Shown: positions 38,449-48,300 of the stretch, piece after piece
Layout: the number at the start of each line of letters is the position of its first letter
Position numbering within the stretch: position 1 is the stretch's first letter
Source: Elusimicrobiota bacterium
GTDB taxonomy: Bacteria; Elusimicrobiota; Elusimicrobia; F11
Assembly (NCBI GenBank): GCA_044221725.1
Contig: JBGAON010000002.1
Span: 416,001 to 480,000, forward strand
Direction of reading: 5' to 3'
DNA: 64,000 nt
Notes under the pieces: generated by a model
Seen by the model: the letters and a program-made list of their open reading frames with translations, nothing else
Told to the model about the DNA's origin: nothing
Databases searched by the model: none
Program-made: the position numbers and the translations under genes

Positions 38449-39239
38449 TGCGCCGTTATCTTCTTTCATCGGCCGGTATTCACTTTTCTCTGCTGGGCGC
38501 GTTCTTGTTGTTTGGTTGGTTTCACCGCTCAAATGATTTCTTGATGATTGATGGATTTGATTATGTTGGTTCCGGTGGAGGCGGGGATGGACGCGCCGGA
38601 AGTGGAGGGATTCCCGCAAAAAATATGGGACAGGTAGTTCCAATGCCCATCAAGGTTCCGGTTCCTGCGAAACCCGCTCCCATCCAAAAGCCCGTGGCTG
38701 CTGAACAGACCTGGTCCGTTAAAAATCCCAAGACAGCGCCAACCCCAAAAGAAACTGCGAAACCGGACACGCCGATCGAACGAGCGGAAAAGCCACAAAA
38801 AGAACAATCGAATGTCATTCGGCTTGGTGTGCCGGCGAACACGCAACCGTCGGAGGGTGGTTTTGATTTCGGCACTGGAAAAGGCGGGGGCGGCGGAGAA
38901 GGCGATGGAAAAGGCTTGGGACTCGGGATTGGCTTTGGGCCCGGCGAGGGCGGGGGATTTGGCGGTTTCGGTGGTTACCTTCGGATTTTGCGTGAACGTA
39001 TTTGGTCCGAGTGGGCGCAAACCGCGGTCTATGGATCAAACGAAGTGTGCATCGTCGGGCTCACCGTGGCACGTAGTGGCGACGTGAGTGAGATCAAAGT
39101 TGAAAAACCATCGAACAATCCATTTTATGACAACGTCGCATTGCGGGCGGTTCGTAACGCGTCGCCGCTTCCGCCATTGCCTTCGAGTTTTTCGCGCGAC
39201 TCGCAACGGTTTCGCATCAAATTTCGACTGATCGAATAA
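38448..39239 (+). CDS. TolA/TonB-like energy transducer
   Basis: N-terminal TM with S...H, Pro/Lys-rich and Gly-rich linker, C-terminal Y...LRERI..EW...SNNPFYD..ALRAV..ASPLPPLP domain. Confidence 0.85.
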   Translation: MRRYLLSSAGIHFSLLGAFLLFGWFHRSNDFLMIDGFDYVGSGGGGDGRAGSGGIPAKNMGQVVPMPIKVPVPAKPAPIQKPVAAEQTWSVKNPKTAPTPKETAKPDTPIERAEKPQKEQSNVIRLGVPANTQPSEGGFDFGTGKGGGGGEGDGKGLGLGIGFGPGEGGGFGGFGGYLRILRERIWSEWAQTAVYGSNEVCIVGLTVARSGDVSEIKVEKPSNNPFYDNVALRAVRNASPLPPLPSSFSRDSQRFRIKFRLIE

Positions 39240-39243
39240 TCGA

Positions 39244-40287
39244 ATGCGCATTCTTGTTATTCAGCTGAAAGCGATCGGCGATGTTATTTGCACGACCCCC
39301 ATTCCCGCCTACTTAAAGAAAGTTTTTCCCGATGCCGAAGTCGATTTTCTTGTCGGTCAAGTTTCGGCGCCGGTCGTTGAGACGAGTCCCTTTGTTGCAA
39401 ACACGCTTGTGTATGACGCCTCAAAGCCGCTGCGCGAAATTTCCCGAATTCGGTCGCGGCGCTACGATGTGGTGATTGATTATTTAACGAACCCGCGCAC
39501 GCGCGTGTTAACCCTCGCTAGCGGCGCGCGATGGAAAATTGCGTTTGATCGCGGCCTTTCGCGGTCGTTCTATTACAATTTCCGCGCTCCGGTGCCGTCG
39601 GAACCGGAGTATGTGCCGGTTCGGAAGCTGCGACTTATTGACGAGTGGTTTGCCAAAATTAAAGTGCCCTCCAAAAAGCCGGAATTTGTGCGACCCAAAG
39701 TTTTTCTTAACGCGGAAGACGAGGCCTTTGCTGAGGAGTGGATTGCAAACGAAGGACTGAACGGAATTCCGTTCGCGATTGTTATGCCGATTCACAAACA
39801 TCCGATTTGTCGCTGGCAACCCGAGGGGTTTCGTCAGGTTGCGACCGATCTCGTTCAAAAGTTGAAATTGCGCGTTTATTTTGGGTGGGGGCCGGGGGAG
39901 GAACAGGCGTTACGAAAAGTCCACCAAGGGCTCGAGAATCTCGTCGGGCTTTGTCCGCCGGTGTCCTTACGAAAGAATGCCGCTATTCTAAAACGGGCGA
40001 CCTTTCTGCTCGCGAACAATTCGGGATCGATTCATCTGGCTGTATCGGTTGGGACACCCACCGTGGCTATTTTCGGCCCGACCCGAGCTATCGATTGGAG
40101 TCCAGCGTTGTCGCCGATTGCCGATAACGGTTCCGATATCGCGCTACAAGCGGAAGGTCTCGAGTGTCTGGGGTGTCGTCTCAAAGAATGTCCGATCGGA
40201 CACCTGTGCATGAAGGACTTGTCGGCCGACACCGTGCTCGCGGCGTGCAACCGAATGGTCTCGGATACCAGATCAGCGAGACGATAG
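39244..40287 (+). CDS. glycosyltransferase family 9 (LPS heptosyltransferase-like)
   Basis: RILVIQL.AIGDV, W..E.F, NNSG..HLA..VGTPTVAIFGPT, C.GC...CP.GH.CM. Confidence 0.9.
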   Translation: MRILVIQLKAIGDVICTTPIPAYLKKVFPDAEVDFLVGQVSAPVVETSPFVANTLVYDASKPLREISRIRSRRYDVVIDYLTNPRTRVLTLASGARWKIAFDRGLSRSFYYNFRAPVPSEPEYVPVRKLRLIDEWFAKIKVPSKKPEFVRPKVFLNAEDEAFAEEWIANEGLNGIPFAIVMPIHKHPICRWQPEGFRQVATDLVQKLKLRVYFGWGPGEEQALRKVHQGLENLVGLCPPVSLRKNAAILKRATFLLANNSGSIHLAVSVGTPTVAIFGPTRAIDWSPALSPIADNGSDIALQAEGLECLGCRLKECPIGHLCMKDLSADTVLAACNRMVSDTRSARR

Positions 40288-40803
40288 TTCGGACACGTGC
40301 GCGCGAGCTCGAGTTATCATGGCTTGAGCAGAGTTGCCGTCACGCGGATAGATTGCCCATCCGATGCGCGCAAAAAGCAGTCCGGGATTATTCGGCCACA
40401 AGAACTGCTGCAAGATATCCGTCCAGCGTGACGTTAGATCGTTGTAGTGGCCCGCACGAATCACATTCTGTGTGAGCGAAACAAGTCGTCTTGCGATTGT
40501 GTCGACTTTTCCGGGATCGACAGCATCAAACACAAGTCCCAGGCCATCCTGAAAGAACCCGACGTATTGACTTGGATGAACGGCCATACGAACCGCCTGA
40601 AAAACTTCTCTTAGAAATCCATTTACTACATGCGGCGGCCGTTTTTTCCGGAACTCAGCCATATTTTCAATTTTTAACATCACAATAAAAAACGGACGGT
40701 TGGTTTCGTTTGACTTTTTCATCGTCAGCTGAATTTGGTTCGCGAACTCGCTGCTTGTAATTTGTGCGGCCGATGCCTGCTGAACCTGCGTTTTGTTGTC
40801 CAT
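40273..40803 (-). CDS. degenerate GGDEF-fold protein
   Basis: F.IVML.I.N..EF, FLREV...V..AV...VG, IARRL and IG.AIYP.DG.SA..MI.RA match the GGDEF secondary-structure pattern, but the signature reads FQDGL; SD GGAGG. Confidence 0.6.
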   Translation of the reverse strand: MDNKTQVQQASAAQITSSEFANQIQLTMKKSNETNRPFFIVMLKIENMAEFRKKRPPHVVNGFLREVFQAVRMAVHPSQYVGFFQDGLGLVFDAVDPGKVDTIARRLVSLTQNVIRAGHYNDLTSRWTDILQQFLWPNNPGLLFARIGWAIYPRDGNSAQAMITRARAHVSELSSR

Positions 40804-41017
40804 GATGCCCCTCCGACGACGAAGATATATTTATTATGCCTGTCTTATTTATGTGTCGTCGGTGTTTTGCTTCCCTATTCTTTACCCTCTGTCGACGGAA
40901 AATACAATGTGACAAATGGCATCCTGAAAATGGGCGGAGTTCTGCGCATGAAAACACGTCGCGAAAATTTCATCGGTGTGTCACCGTCGTTTAAACACTC
41001 AACCGTAGATTCGGAAC

Positions 41018-41200
41018 ATGAAAACAAAAGAATTCGCTTGGACAAATGGCTTGTTTGAACAGGACACCCTCGGGTCGGCAACGGGCTCGGCAGATGAGGT
41101 GTTGTATACGATTCGCATGGCGGATCTGCTGCAAATGCCGGATGTGAATTTCGGTGAAGTGGCCGCCGTTGATGTGATGGTTCGTTCTCTCCTTAATTAA
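41018..41200 (+). CDS. small hypothetical protein (60 aa), probably leaderless
   Basis: Intergenic ORF preceded by TAGATT-N6-ATG, the same signature seen at housekeeping genes in this window. Confidence 0.45.
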   Translation: MKTKEFAWTNGLFEQDTLGSATGSADEVLYTIRMADLLQMPDVNFGEVAAVDVMVRSLLN

Positions 41201-41292
41201 ATTGCCAAGTTAACGAAATCCCTTTCTTTCTATCGAAATTGGCTCCAAGCTTTATCCAATGCCGCCCTCTTATTAATAAGGAGCTCCTAATC

Positions 41293-44200
41293 GTGACACA
41301 AAAAAGAACCGTTTTGCCGTTGCTTTTGGTGTTTCAACTTGTTGTTCCATCGCTTCAAGCCTACGATGATGTTCGACTCACAAAAATCATTCCGTTGGTT
41401 GACCGGAAGACCGTTCCCGGAATAGTTCGTTTGGACAAAAACAAACAGCCGTGGATTCTCGGAGAAGAGAATCAAACGATCCAGCAAATTTCACCGGAAG
41501 GAAAGGCTTCCGTTGTTTTAATGCCGGGCAAAAAGGCGAACGCGCTCTTTAAGTCGCCCATCGATTTTGGATTTATGTCGGACGGATCTCTCGTTGTGGC
41601 GGATCCCGGGTTGGAGCGGGTGGCGGTTATCGCTCCTGAGAAAATCTCGGATAACCCAACGCCCAAAGACTGGAAGAAAACAAAATTGGTTTATTCTTTT
41701 CCGGCGAAAGGCGTGACCGCTGTTGCGGTAAGCGCCGATGACGTGATTGCCGTCGGGTATGAAGATCAATTGGCCATTGATGTTTTCTCAGCGGATGGCG
41801 TGCTCTTGCATCGACTTTATCCCTCGGAAAAATATCAACTTAAGAAAGTCGTGAGCATGGCGTACGGTGCGAACGGACAACTCTGGGTGCTCGAGCAATC
41901 AAAAGGAGTGTTGCACCGATTTTCAGCCGACCGAAAGTGGTTGGGTGCGCTCGATGGCTTTGAGAATCCCCATAGCATCGCTGTTGATGAATACGGATTT
42001 GCTTATGTGTCTTTGAGCCCGGGCCGGTGGCGTGAAGTCAACCCGGATGGCACGTTGGCTGGCGTGTTTGGCACCAAAGGGAAAAATCCTGGAGAAATGC
42101 TCACACCGAAAGGAATCGCAACGATCGATTCCACGCAAATTCTCGTGTCCGAAACCGGCAACGGGCGTTTGCAAATTTTCCGAATAAACAACAAAGACAA
42201 AAAGTCACGGTTGTTTCGAGAGCCCGCTGCCCATGTGCAGGTGCGGCACATTTCTCAGTGGGAAGACCAGGTTCAAGGTGGCCTCGTCCACCCGAACGGA
42301 AGCATTTTTCTTCTGAACAGCGACCGAAATGTTTTTGAGTGGGTCAACGATCAAGGCGAGTCCAAGTCGTCGGTCAAGAAAAAAGGAAAAGGCACCGGCG
42401 GATTTGTTCATCCGCACAGTATGGTGCTTGATGACGCCGGAAAAATTTGGGTGTCCGATCAGGGCGATCACACCTTGAAGAAGATGTCGGATACCGGTGA
42501 CATTGAGCGGACGCTCGGGCAAAAAGGAAAGAAAGAAGGCGGCCTTAAGTCTCCGAGTTTTCTGAGCGTCCGATCCGACGGATCGGTCGTCGTCGCGGAC
42601 AAAGACAATTCGCGCGTCCAGGTGCTAAGTCCGAACGGACTTTTCTTGTTTCAAGTGGGCACCAACGGGAAAAAAGAAGGACAAATCAGTTCGCTTGTTG
42701 GGCTGGCGTCGAATTCCGAGCTCATCGCGCTATTGGATGGCGCTCGAAGGGCACTCATTTTTTACGACGCGAGCGGAAAATTTGTCTCCGAAATTACAAA
42801 CAAGGAAGGCAAGGCGCCGTACTGGAGTGAGCCGGCCAGTATTGCGTGCGACAGCGAGGGTCGGTTCTACGTGCTCGACAATGGCTCAAAGCGCGTGCGA
42901 ATTTTTAACCGGAAGGGTCAATTTTTAGCCGACTTTTCTTCAAAAGGCCAAAACATTTCCTGTGGTATCGATCACAAAGTTCTCGTGACGGATCTGAAAA
43001 CAGTTTCTCTCTACACGGTGCGACTGGTGCCCAAGGCGCTACAAAATGTCGCAGCGGCCGACGTGGATGGCGACCTGCAAATCACGTGGGATAAGAACTT
43101 TGAAGCGAAAGAGTATGCCATCTATCGATCAAGCGCCGGTGGGGGGGCTGCAACGGTGGTTACAAAAGTCGCCGAACCGCCGTTTGTCGATCGAGACGTG
43201 ACGCCCGGTGTTACCTATACCTATGGTGTTGTCGGTGTGAACGATGCTGGGAACGAAGGGAACTGGGCGGAGTCGAAGCCGGTGAAGGCACCAAAAAGAA
43301 AAGACGTCTCGCTGATCAGTATTCAGAAAATCGATCTTAAGCCGGTATTCACGGCGGCAAACAAGTACTACGTGAAAAACCCGATTGGAACGATAACGGT
43401 TCGCAACAACGATGACAAATCGTTCCGGAACGTGAAGATCACCTTGGGACTTAAAAAGTACTGTGACTTTCCAACCGAAATTGTGGTTCCGGACTTGGCC
43501 GCCGGCGAAGAGAAGGGGATTCCGGTGACGATGACATTTAATGATTCTATTTTTGAGTTGACCGAAGATACCCCCGTTCAAATGGATGTGAGAGTGTCGT
43601 ACTTTGAAGATAATACCGAGAAAAGTATTTCGCAAAACGCTCCGATCACGCTTTACTCACGTAACACGATTGCCTGGAGTGAAAAGGACCGAATTGCATC
43701 TTTCATCACTCCGAAGGATCCGCCGATCGTCGAATTTGCGCGAACGGCGATTCGCGACAACATGCTGCTATTAAAGGGATCCACGGTCACTCGCCCATTA
43801 GCGAAAGCGGCTCTTTTTTATGAATCGATGAACGCGCTCGGCATTTCTTATGTGCCCGATCCGAAGACGCCTTTCACCGAAGTCTCGAAAAATCCCGACG
43901 TATTGGATTACGTTCAATTTCCTCGCGAAACGTTGCGGCGCAAAACCGGCGATTGTGACGACACAACAGCGCTGTTGGCGGCGCTTTTGGAGAGCGTTGG
44001 CGTTTCCGTGGCGCTCATCGATATGCCTGGTCACATTCTATTAATGGCGAACACGGAAGAGAGCGACATAGCGGTCATCGGACTCCCCGCGGAACGCTTC
44101 ATTCGTTTCCAGGGAACGTATTGGGTTCCGATCGAAACGACACGTCTTGGACAAGATTTTGCGGCCGCATGGCAGAGCGGCATTGCGACGGTGTTATCGG

Positions 44201-44775
44201 CAAAAGATCCTTCGCAAATTCGCTATATGCGAGTGGAAGAAGCGATGGAAAAGTTTCCACCGGTAACACTCGTCGCGGTCGAAAAAGATTCCCAGGCGTT
44301 TCCCGCTGATAAAGTGCGCGGCACGTTTCCGCCGGTGTTAACAAAACTGCAAGAGGAGCGGTACGAAGCGCTGCTAAAAGACATCAAAAAAGAGATCAAA
44401 GACAATCCCGTGGATCATATGCTTCAAGTTCGATTGGGAATGATTCAAGTGGAAGGTGGGCATGCGGCGGAAGGCAGGCAAACGTTCATTTCTCTTTTAA
44501 AGGAAGACGAAGCGGTTGAGGTTCAATCCGCAGCGCGTAACAACCTCGGCAACCTTGCCTATCTGGACGGCGATTACAAAGAGGCGTTCACCCATTATGA
44601 AAAGGGCTTGATTCTAACGCCGGACGATGGCGGAATTATGGTCAACAAAGCACGGACCGCCTGGCGTCTTGGCGACAAAGAAACCGCGGTGAAAACCCTG
44701 GAACAAGCAAAACAAGTTTATTCCGACTGGCAGGATTTTGCGGCCGATATTCCCGCCGAATACCTGCCCAAATAA
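41293..44775 (+). CDS. large exported protein: NHL-repeat beta-propellers + FN3-like + Ig-like + transglutaminase-like + TPR
   Basis: SD AAGGAG with GTG 41293, signal peptide, repeated NHL motifs (V.D..N.RVQ, G..G.K.G), FN3 (W..Y.IYRS..F.D..V.PG.TY.Y.V), TGDCDD..GH..IET, TPR (NNLGNLAY..GDY.EA..YEK). Confidence 0.8.
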   Translation: MTQKRTVLPLLLVFQLVVPSLQAYDDVRLTKIIPLVDRKTVPGIVRLDKNKQPWILGEENQTIQQISPEGKASVVLMPGKKANALFKSPIDFGFMSDGSLVVADPGLERVAVIAPEKISDNPTPKDWKKTKLVYSFPAKGVTAVAVSADDVIAVGYEDQLAIDVFSADGVLLHRLYPSEKYQLKKVVSMAYGANGQLWVLEQSKGVLHRFSADRKWLGALDGFENPHSIAVDEYGFAYVSLSPGRWREVNPDGTLAGVFGTKGKNPGEMLTPKGIATIDSTQILVSETGNGRLQIFRINNKDKKSRLFREPAAHVQVRHISQWEDQVQGGLVHPNGSIFLLNSDRNVFEWVNDQGESKSSVKKKGKGTGGFVHPHSMVLDDAGKIWVSDQGDHTLKKMSDTGDIERTLGQKGKKEGGLKSPSFLSVRSDGSVVVADKDNSRVQVLSPNGLFLFQVGTNGKKEGQISSLVGLASNSELIALLDGARRALIFYDASGKFVSEITNKEGKAPYWSEPASIACDSEGRFYVLDNGSKRVRIFNRKGQFLADFSSKGQNISCGIDHKVLVTDLKTVSLYTVRLVPKALQNVAAADVDGDLQITWDKNFEAKEYAIYRSSAGGGAATVVTKVAEPPFVDRDVTPGVTYTYGVVGVNDAGNEGNWAESKPVKAPKRKDVSLISIQKIDLKPVFTAANKYYVKNPIGTITVRNNDDKSFRNVKITLGLKKYCDFPTEIVVPDLAAGEEKGIPVTMTFNDSIFELTEDTPVQMDVRVSYFEDNTEKSISQNAPITLYSRNTIAWSEKDRIASFITPKDPPIVEFARTAIRDNMLLLKGSTVTRPLAKAALFYESMNALGISYVPDPKTPFTEVSKNPDVLDYVQFPRETLRRKTGDCDDTTALLAALLESVGVSVALIDMPGHILLMANTEESDIAVIGLPAERFIRFQGTYWVPIETTRLGQDFAAAWQSGIATVLSAKDPSQIRYMRVEEAMEKFPPVTLVAVEKDSQAFPADKVRGTFPPVLTKLQEERYEALLKDIKKEIKDNPVDHMLQVRLGMIQVEGGHAAEGRQTFISLLKEDEAVEVQSAARNNLGNLAYLDGDYKEAFTHYEKGLILTPDDGGIMVNKARTAWRLGDKETAVKTLEQAKQVYSDWQDFAADIPAEYLPK

Positions 44776-44787
44776 TAGGAGGAGCGT

Positions 44788-45285
44788 ATGAAAAAGTGGA
44801 TCGTCATTTTGATGCTGGCAATTTCAATCAACGGGTACGCTTCCGCCGGCAAGAAGAAAAAAGTTCACCACTCCACGAAGCCGACTTCGACCAGCAAAAG
44901 CTCCGCAAAACTGACGGAGGTGGAGGCAGCACCAAAAAAGAAAACGAGCGAATCATTCCAGTCGTGGCTCAAAGAAATGAAAAAGCGTGTGGCGCACACG
45001 AACACAAAGCAGAACCAGTTGGTGGCGGTGGCGGCCGTGCGCGGCAGTGAAACCCCGGATACACCACCGCTGTATTGGAAAGGGAAGAAAGGGGAAGGCA
45101 AGGTTCAGGCGCCCGAGATAAAAGATTTTGAGACGGCGATTGACGCGGCACTGAGCGGCGATTCGGTGGCCGCCAAAGAGAAATTGCAATCCTTTGTGCT
45201 TGCTTATCCGCAAAGTTCGCTTGTTGCCGATGCGAACGAAACACTGACCAAACTGGATGCGACGGCTCCCACAGCCAATCCCTAA
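44788..45285 (+). CDS. small exported protein with a VAAVRG motif and a TPR-like C-terminus
   Basis: SD AGGAGG, signal peptide, Lys/Ser-rich region, QLVAVAAVRG, C-terminal A..KLQSFV..YPQSSL..DA helix pair. Confidence 0.7.
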   Translation: MKKWIVILMLAISINGYASAGKKKKVHHSTKPTSTSKSSAKLTEVEAAPKKKTSESFQSWLKEMKKRVAHTNTKQNQLVAVAAVRGSETPDTPPLYWKGKKGEGKVQAPEIKDFETAIDAALSGDSVAAKEKLQSFVLAYPQSSLVADANETLTKLDATAPTANP

Positions 45286-45304
45286 ATAGTAAATTCGGCG
45301 CCGG

Positions 45305-48300
45305 ATGCAACTTGAGCAATACCGGCGGATTCTCTCCGACCGCATCTTCGTGTTCGATGGTGCCATGGGCACCAACCTGCAGGCTTTCAACCCGACAATC
45401 GATGACTATGAGGGAAAGGAAGGCTGCACAGAAGTTCTATGTTTCTCGAGACCGCAATGGTTGAAACAAATCCACGCGGACTTTTTCAAAGCGGGTTGCG
45501 ACATCGTTGAAACCAATTCGTTCGGCGCGAACCGCATCGTTCTCGGCGAATATGGACTGGAATCGCAAGTTCTCGAGTACAACCGCGAAGCCGCGAAAAT
45601 TGCTCGCGAGGTCGCCCAACAATTCTCTACGCCGGACCACCCGCGTTTTGTTGCCGGTTCTATGGGCCCCGGTACAAAACTGCCGTCCCTGGGTCACACG
45701 AATTTTGACACACTTCGGTTTAACTATGCCGAGCAGGCCGAAGGGTTGATCGAGGGCGGTGTCGATCTTCTTTTGATTGAAACCTCCCAAGATCTTCTTC
45801 AAGTGAAAGCCGCTATCAACGGTTGTTTGGACGCAATGAGGAAGACGAAAGTTCGCATTCCATTGAATGTTCAGGTGACAATTGAATCGACCGGTACGAT
45901 GCTCCTTGGCAGCGATATGGCCACCGCCATTTCTGTCATCGAATGTTTTCCCGTGGATACCATAGGCCTCAATTGCGCCACGGGCCCGCGCGAGATGAGC
46001 GAACATGTGCGCACGCTCGGCCAACTTACCAATCGGTACATTTCTGTTTTGCCGAACGCCGGTTTGCCCGAGAACGTCGGTGGAAAAGCGGTTTATAAGT
46101 TAACTCCAGCGGATTTGGCGGCTCACCTGGTCGAGTTTATTCATCAGCATGGTGTGAATGTGGTCGGGGGGTGTTGCGGAACGACGCCCGATCATTTGGC
46201 CGCTGTCGTTCAAGCGGTTTCTAAGATCACGCCGAAGCAGCGCACACCAAAACGCGTGGCCACCGTTGCAAGTTTGTACATGACCACACCCATTCGCCAA
46301 GAACCGGCACCGCTCATTATTGGTGAGCGCACGAACGCGAACGGTTCAAAACTTTTTCGTGAACTCCTTTTGGCCAACGATTACGATTCGATGGTGAACG
46401 TGGCCAAGGAACAAGAGGCGGAAGGGGCGCATGTGCTGGACGTTTGCACCGCCTATGTTGGACGCAACGAAATCAAAGACATGGATGAGACAATCAAGCG
46501 GTTTGTGCTTCAAGCGCGCGTTCCGCTCATGATTGATTCCACCGAAGCACCGGTTATTGAATCGGCCCTCAAACTGTACGGTGGTAAGTCCATAATTAAT
46601 TCGATCAATCTTGAAGATGGCGAAGAAAGAATGGCCAAGATTTGTCCGATGCTGACCACCTACGGTGCGGCCGTCGTTGCTCTCACAATTGATGAGGCAG
46701 GAATGGCGAAGACCAAACAAAAGAAGGTAGAGATTGCAAAACGCATTTACGATCTCGCCGTCAAGAAATACGGGGTGCCGGGCGAGAATATTGTTTTTGA
46801 CACGCTTACCTTTACGCTCGGTAGCGGAGAAGAAGAATTCCGCAAAGCCGGCATTGAAACGATCGAAGCTATTCGCGAGATCAAACGCGAATTGCCCGAC
46901 GTGCACACCACGCTGGGAGTGAGCAATATTTCTTTTGGACTGCAGTCAGCGTCACGCGCGGTTCTCAATAGTGTGTTTTTGCATTACGCTATTGAGGCGG
47001 GTCTCGACTCGGCCATCGTTAACGCAAAAAAAATTATGCCGCTGTTCCAGATCGATGAAAAAGGTCGCGAGCTCGCGAGACAACTTGTTTTTGATGAACG
47101 AAAATTTGGAGCCGACGGCATCTGCATTTACGATCCGCTTAAAGAATTTATGGCGTATTACGCCGGCGCGAAGGCGGATGCTGGGCCGACAGCAAAAGAG
47201 GAACCCAAATCGGTCGAAGAGAATTTGAAGCAGCGCATCATTAACGGCAACAAGCAAAACATCGAAAAAGTTTTAGAAACAGCACTCGAAAAATATTCAG
47301 CGCTCGATGTCATTAACACAATTTTGCTCGAAGGAATGCGGGTGGTGGGAGAATTGTTTGGCGCCGGCCAAATTCAGTTGCCGTTTGTGTTGCAGTCGGC
47401 CGAGACCATGAAAGCGGCGGTCCGTTATCTTGAACCGCACATTCCGAAAGTCGCTGGTGGCACATCGAAAGGGAAGCTTGTTATTGCGACCGTGAAAGGA
47501 GATGTCCACGACATCGGGAAGAATCTCGTGGACATTATTCTTTCAAACAACGGTTACACCGTGATCAATTTGGGGATCAAGCAGCCGATCGATGCTATTT
47601 TAAAAGCGGCCGAAGAACACAAACCGCACGCCATCGGCTTGTCGGGCCTTCTCGTTAAGTCCACCGCGGTCATGAAAGAGAATCTCGAGGAAATGAACAA
47701 CCGCAATATCACTTACGATGTAATTCTCGGCGGAGCCGCGCTCACGCGCAAATTTGTGGAAGTCGATTTGCGCGACATCTATAAAGGAAAGGTTTTTTAT
47801 GCGAACGACGCGTTCGCCGGGTTGCGCCTCATGGATGAACTCGTCGGTGCGGTGGCCGATAAAAAATTAACGACAATCCGAAAAAGGGAAGAAATCCTGG
47901 CAGCGACTTCAAAGGAATCGTCGTCGTTAAAATCGAAGCCAGTCACCAGCACGGGTGTTCTTATTCGATCAAAGGTTCCACCCAGTTTGTCGATTCCGAA
48001 GCCGCCTTTCTGGGGGGCGCGGGTTGTGCGTGGGATTGATTTGAAAGAAGTGTTTGCATTTATGAACGAAACGGCGTTGCTAAAGGTACGCTGGGGTTTT
48101 AAACGCGTGCGGGAAAATAGTCTCGAAGAATACAATCGAATGATGGAACAGACCGTGTATCCGCTTTACGAAAAATGGAAACAATACGTGTTGCGCGAGG
48201 GAATTTTTCATCCCCAAGTGGCGTACGGTTATTTTCCGTGTCAATCGGACGGGGATTCGCTCGTGATTTTTAATGAGGATTTGAAAACCGAACGACAGCG

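Noticed and set aside
45286..45304. SAM or cobalamin riboswitch before metH
   Set aside because: The intergenic gap is only 19 nt.
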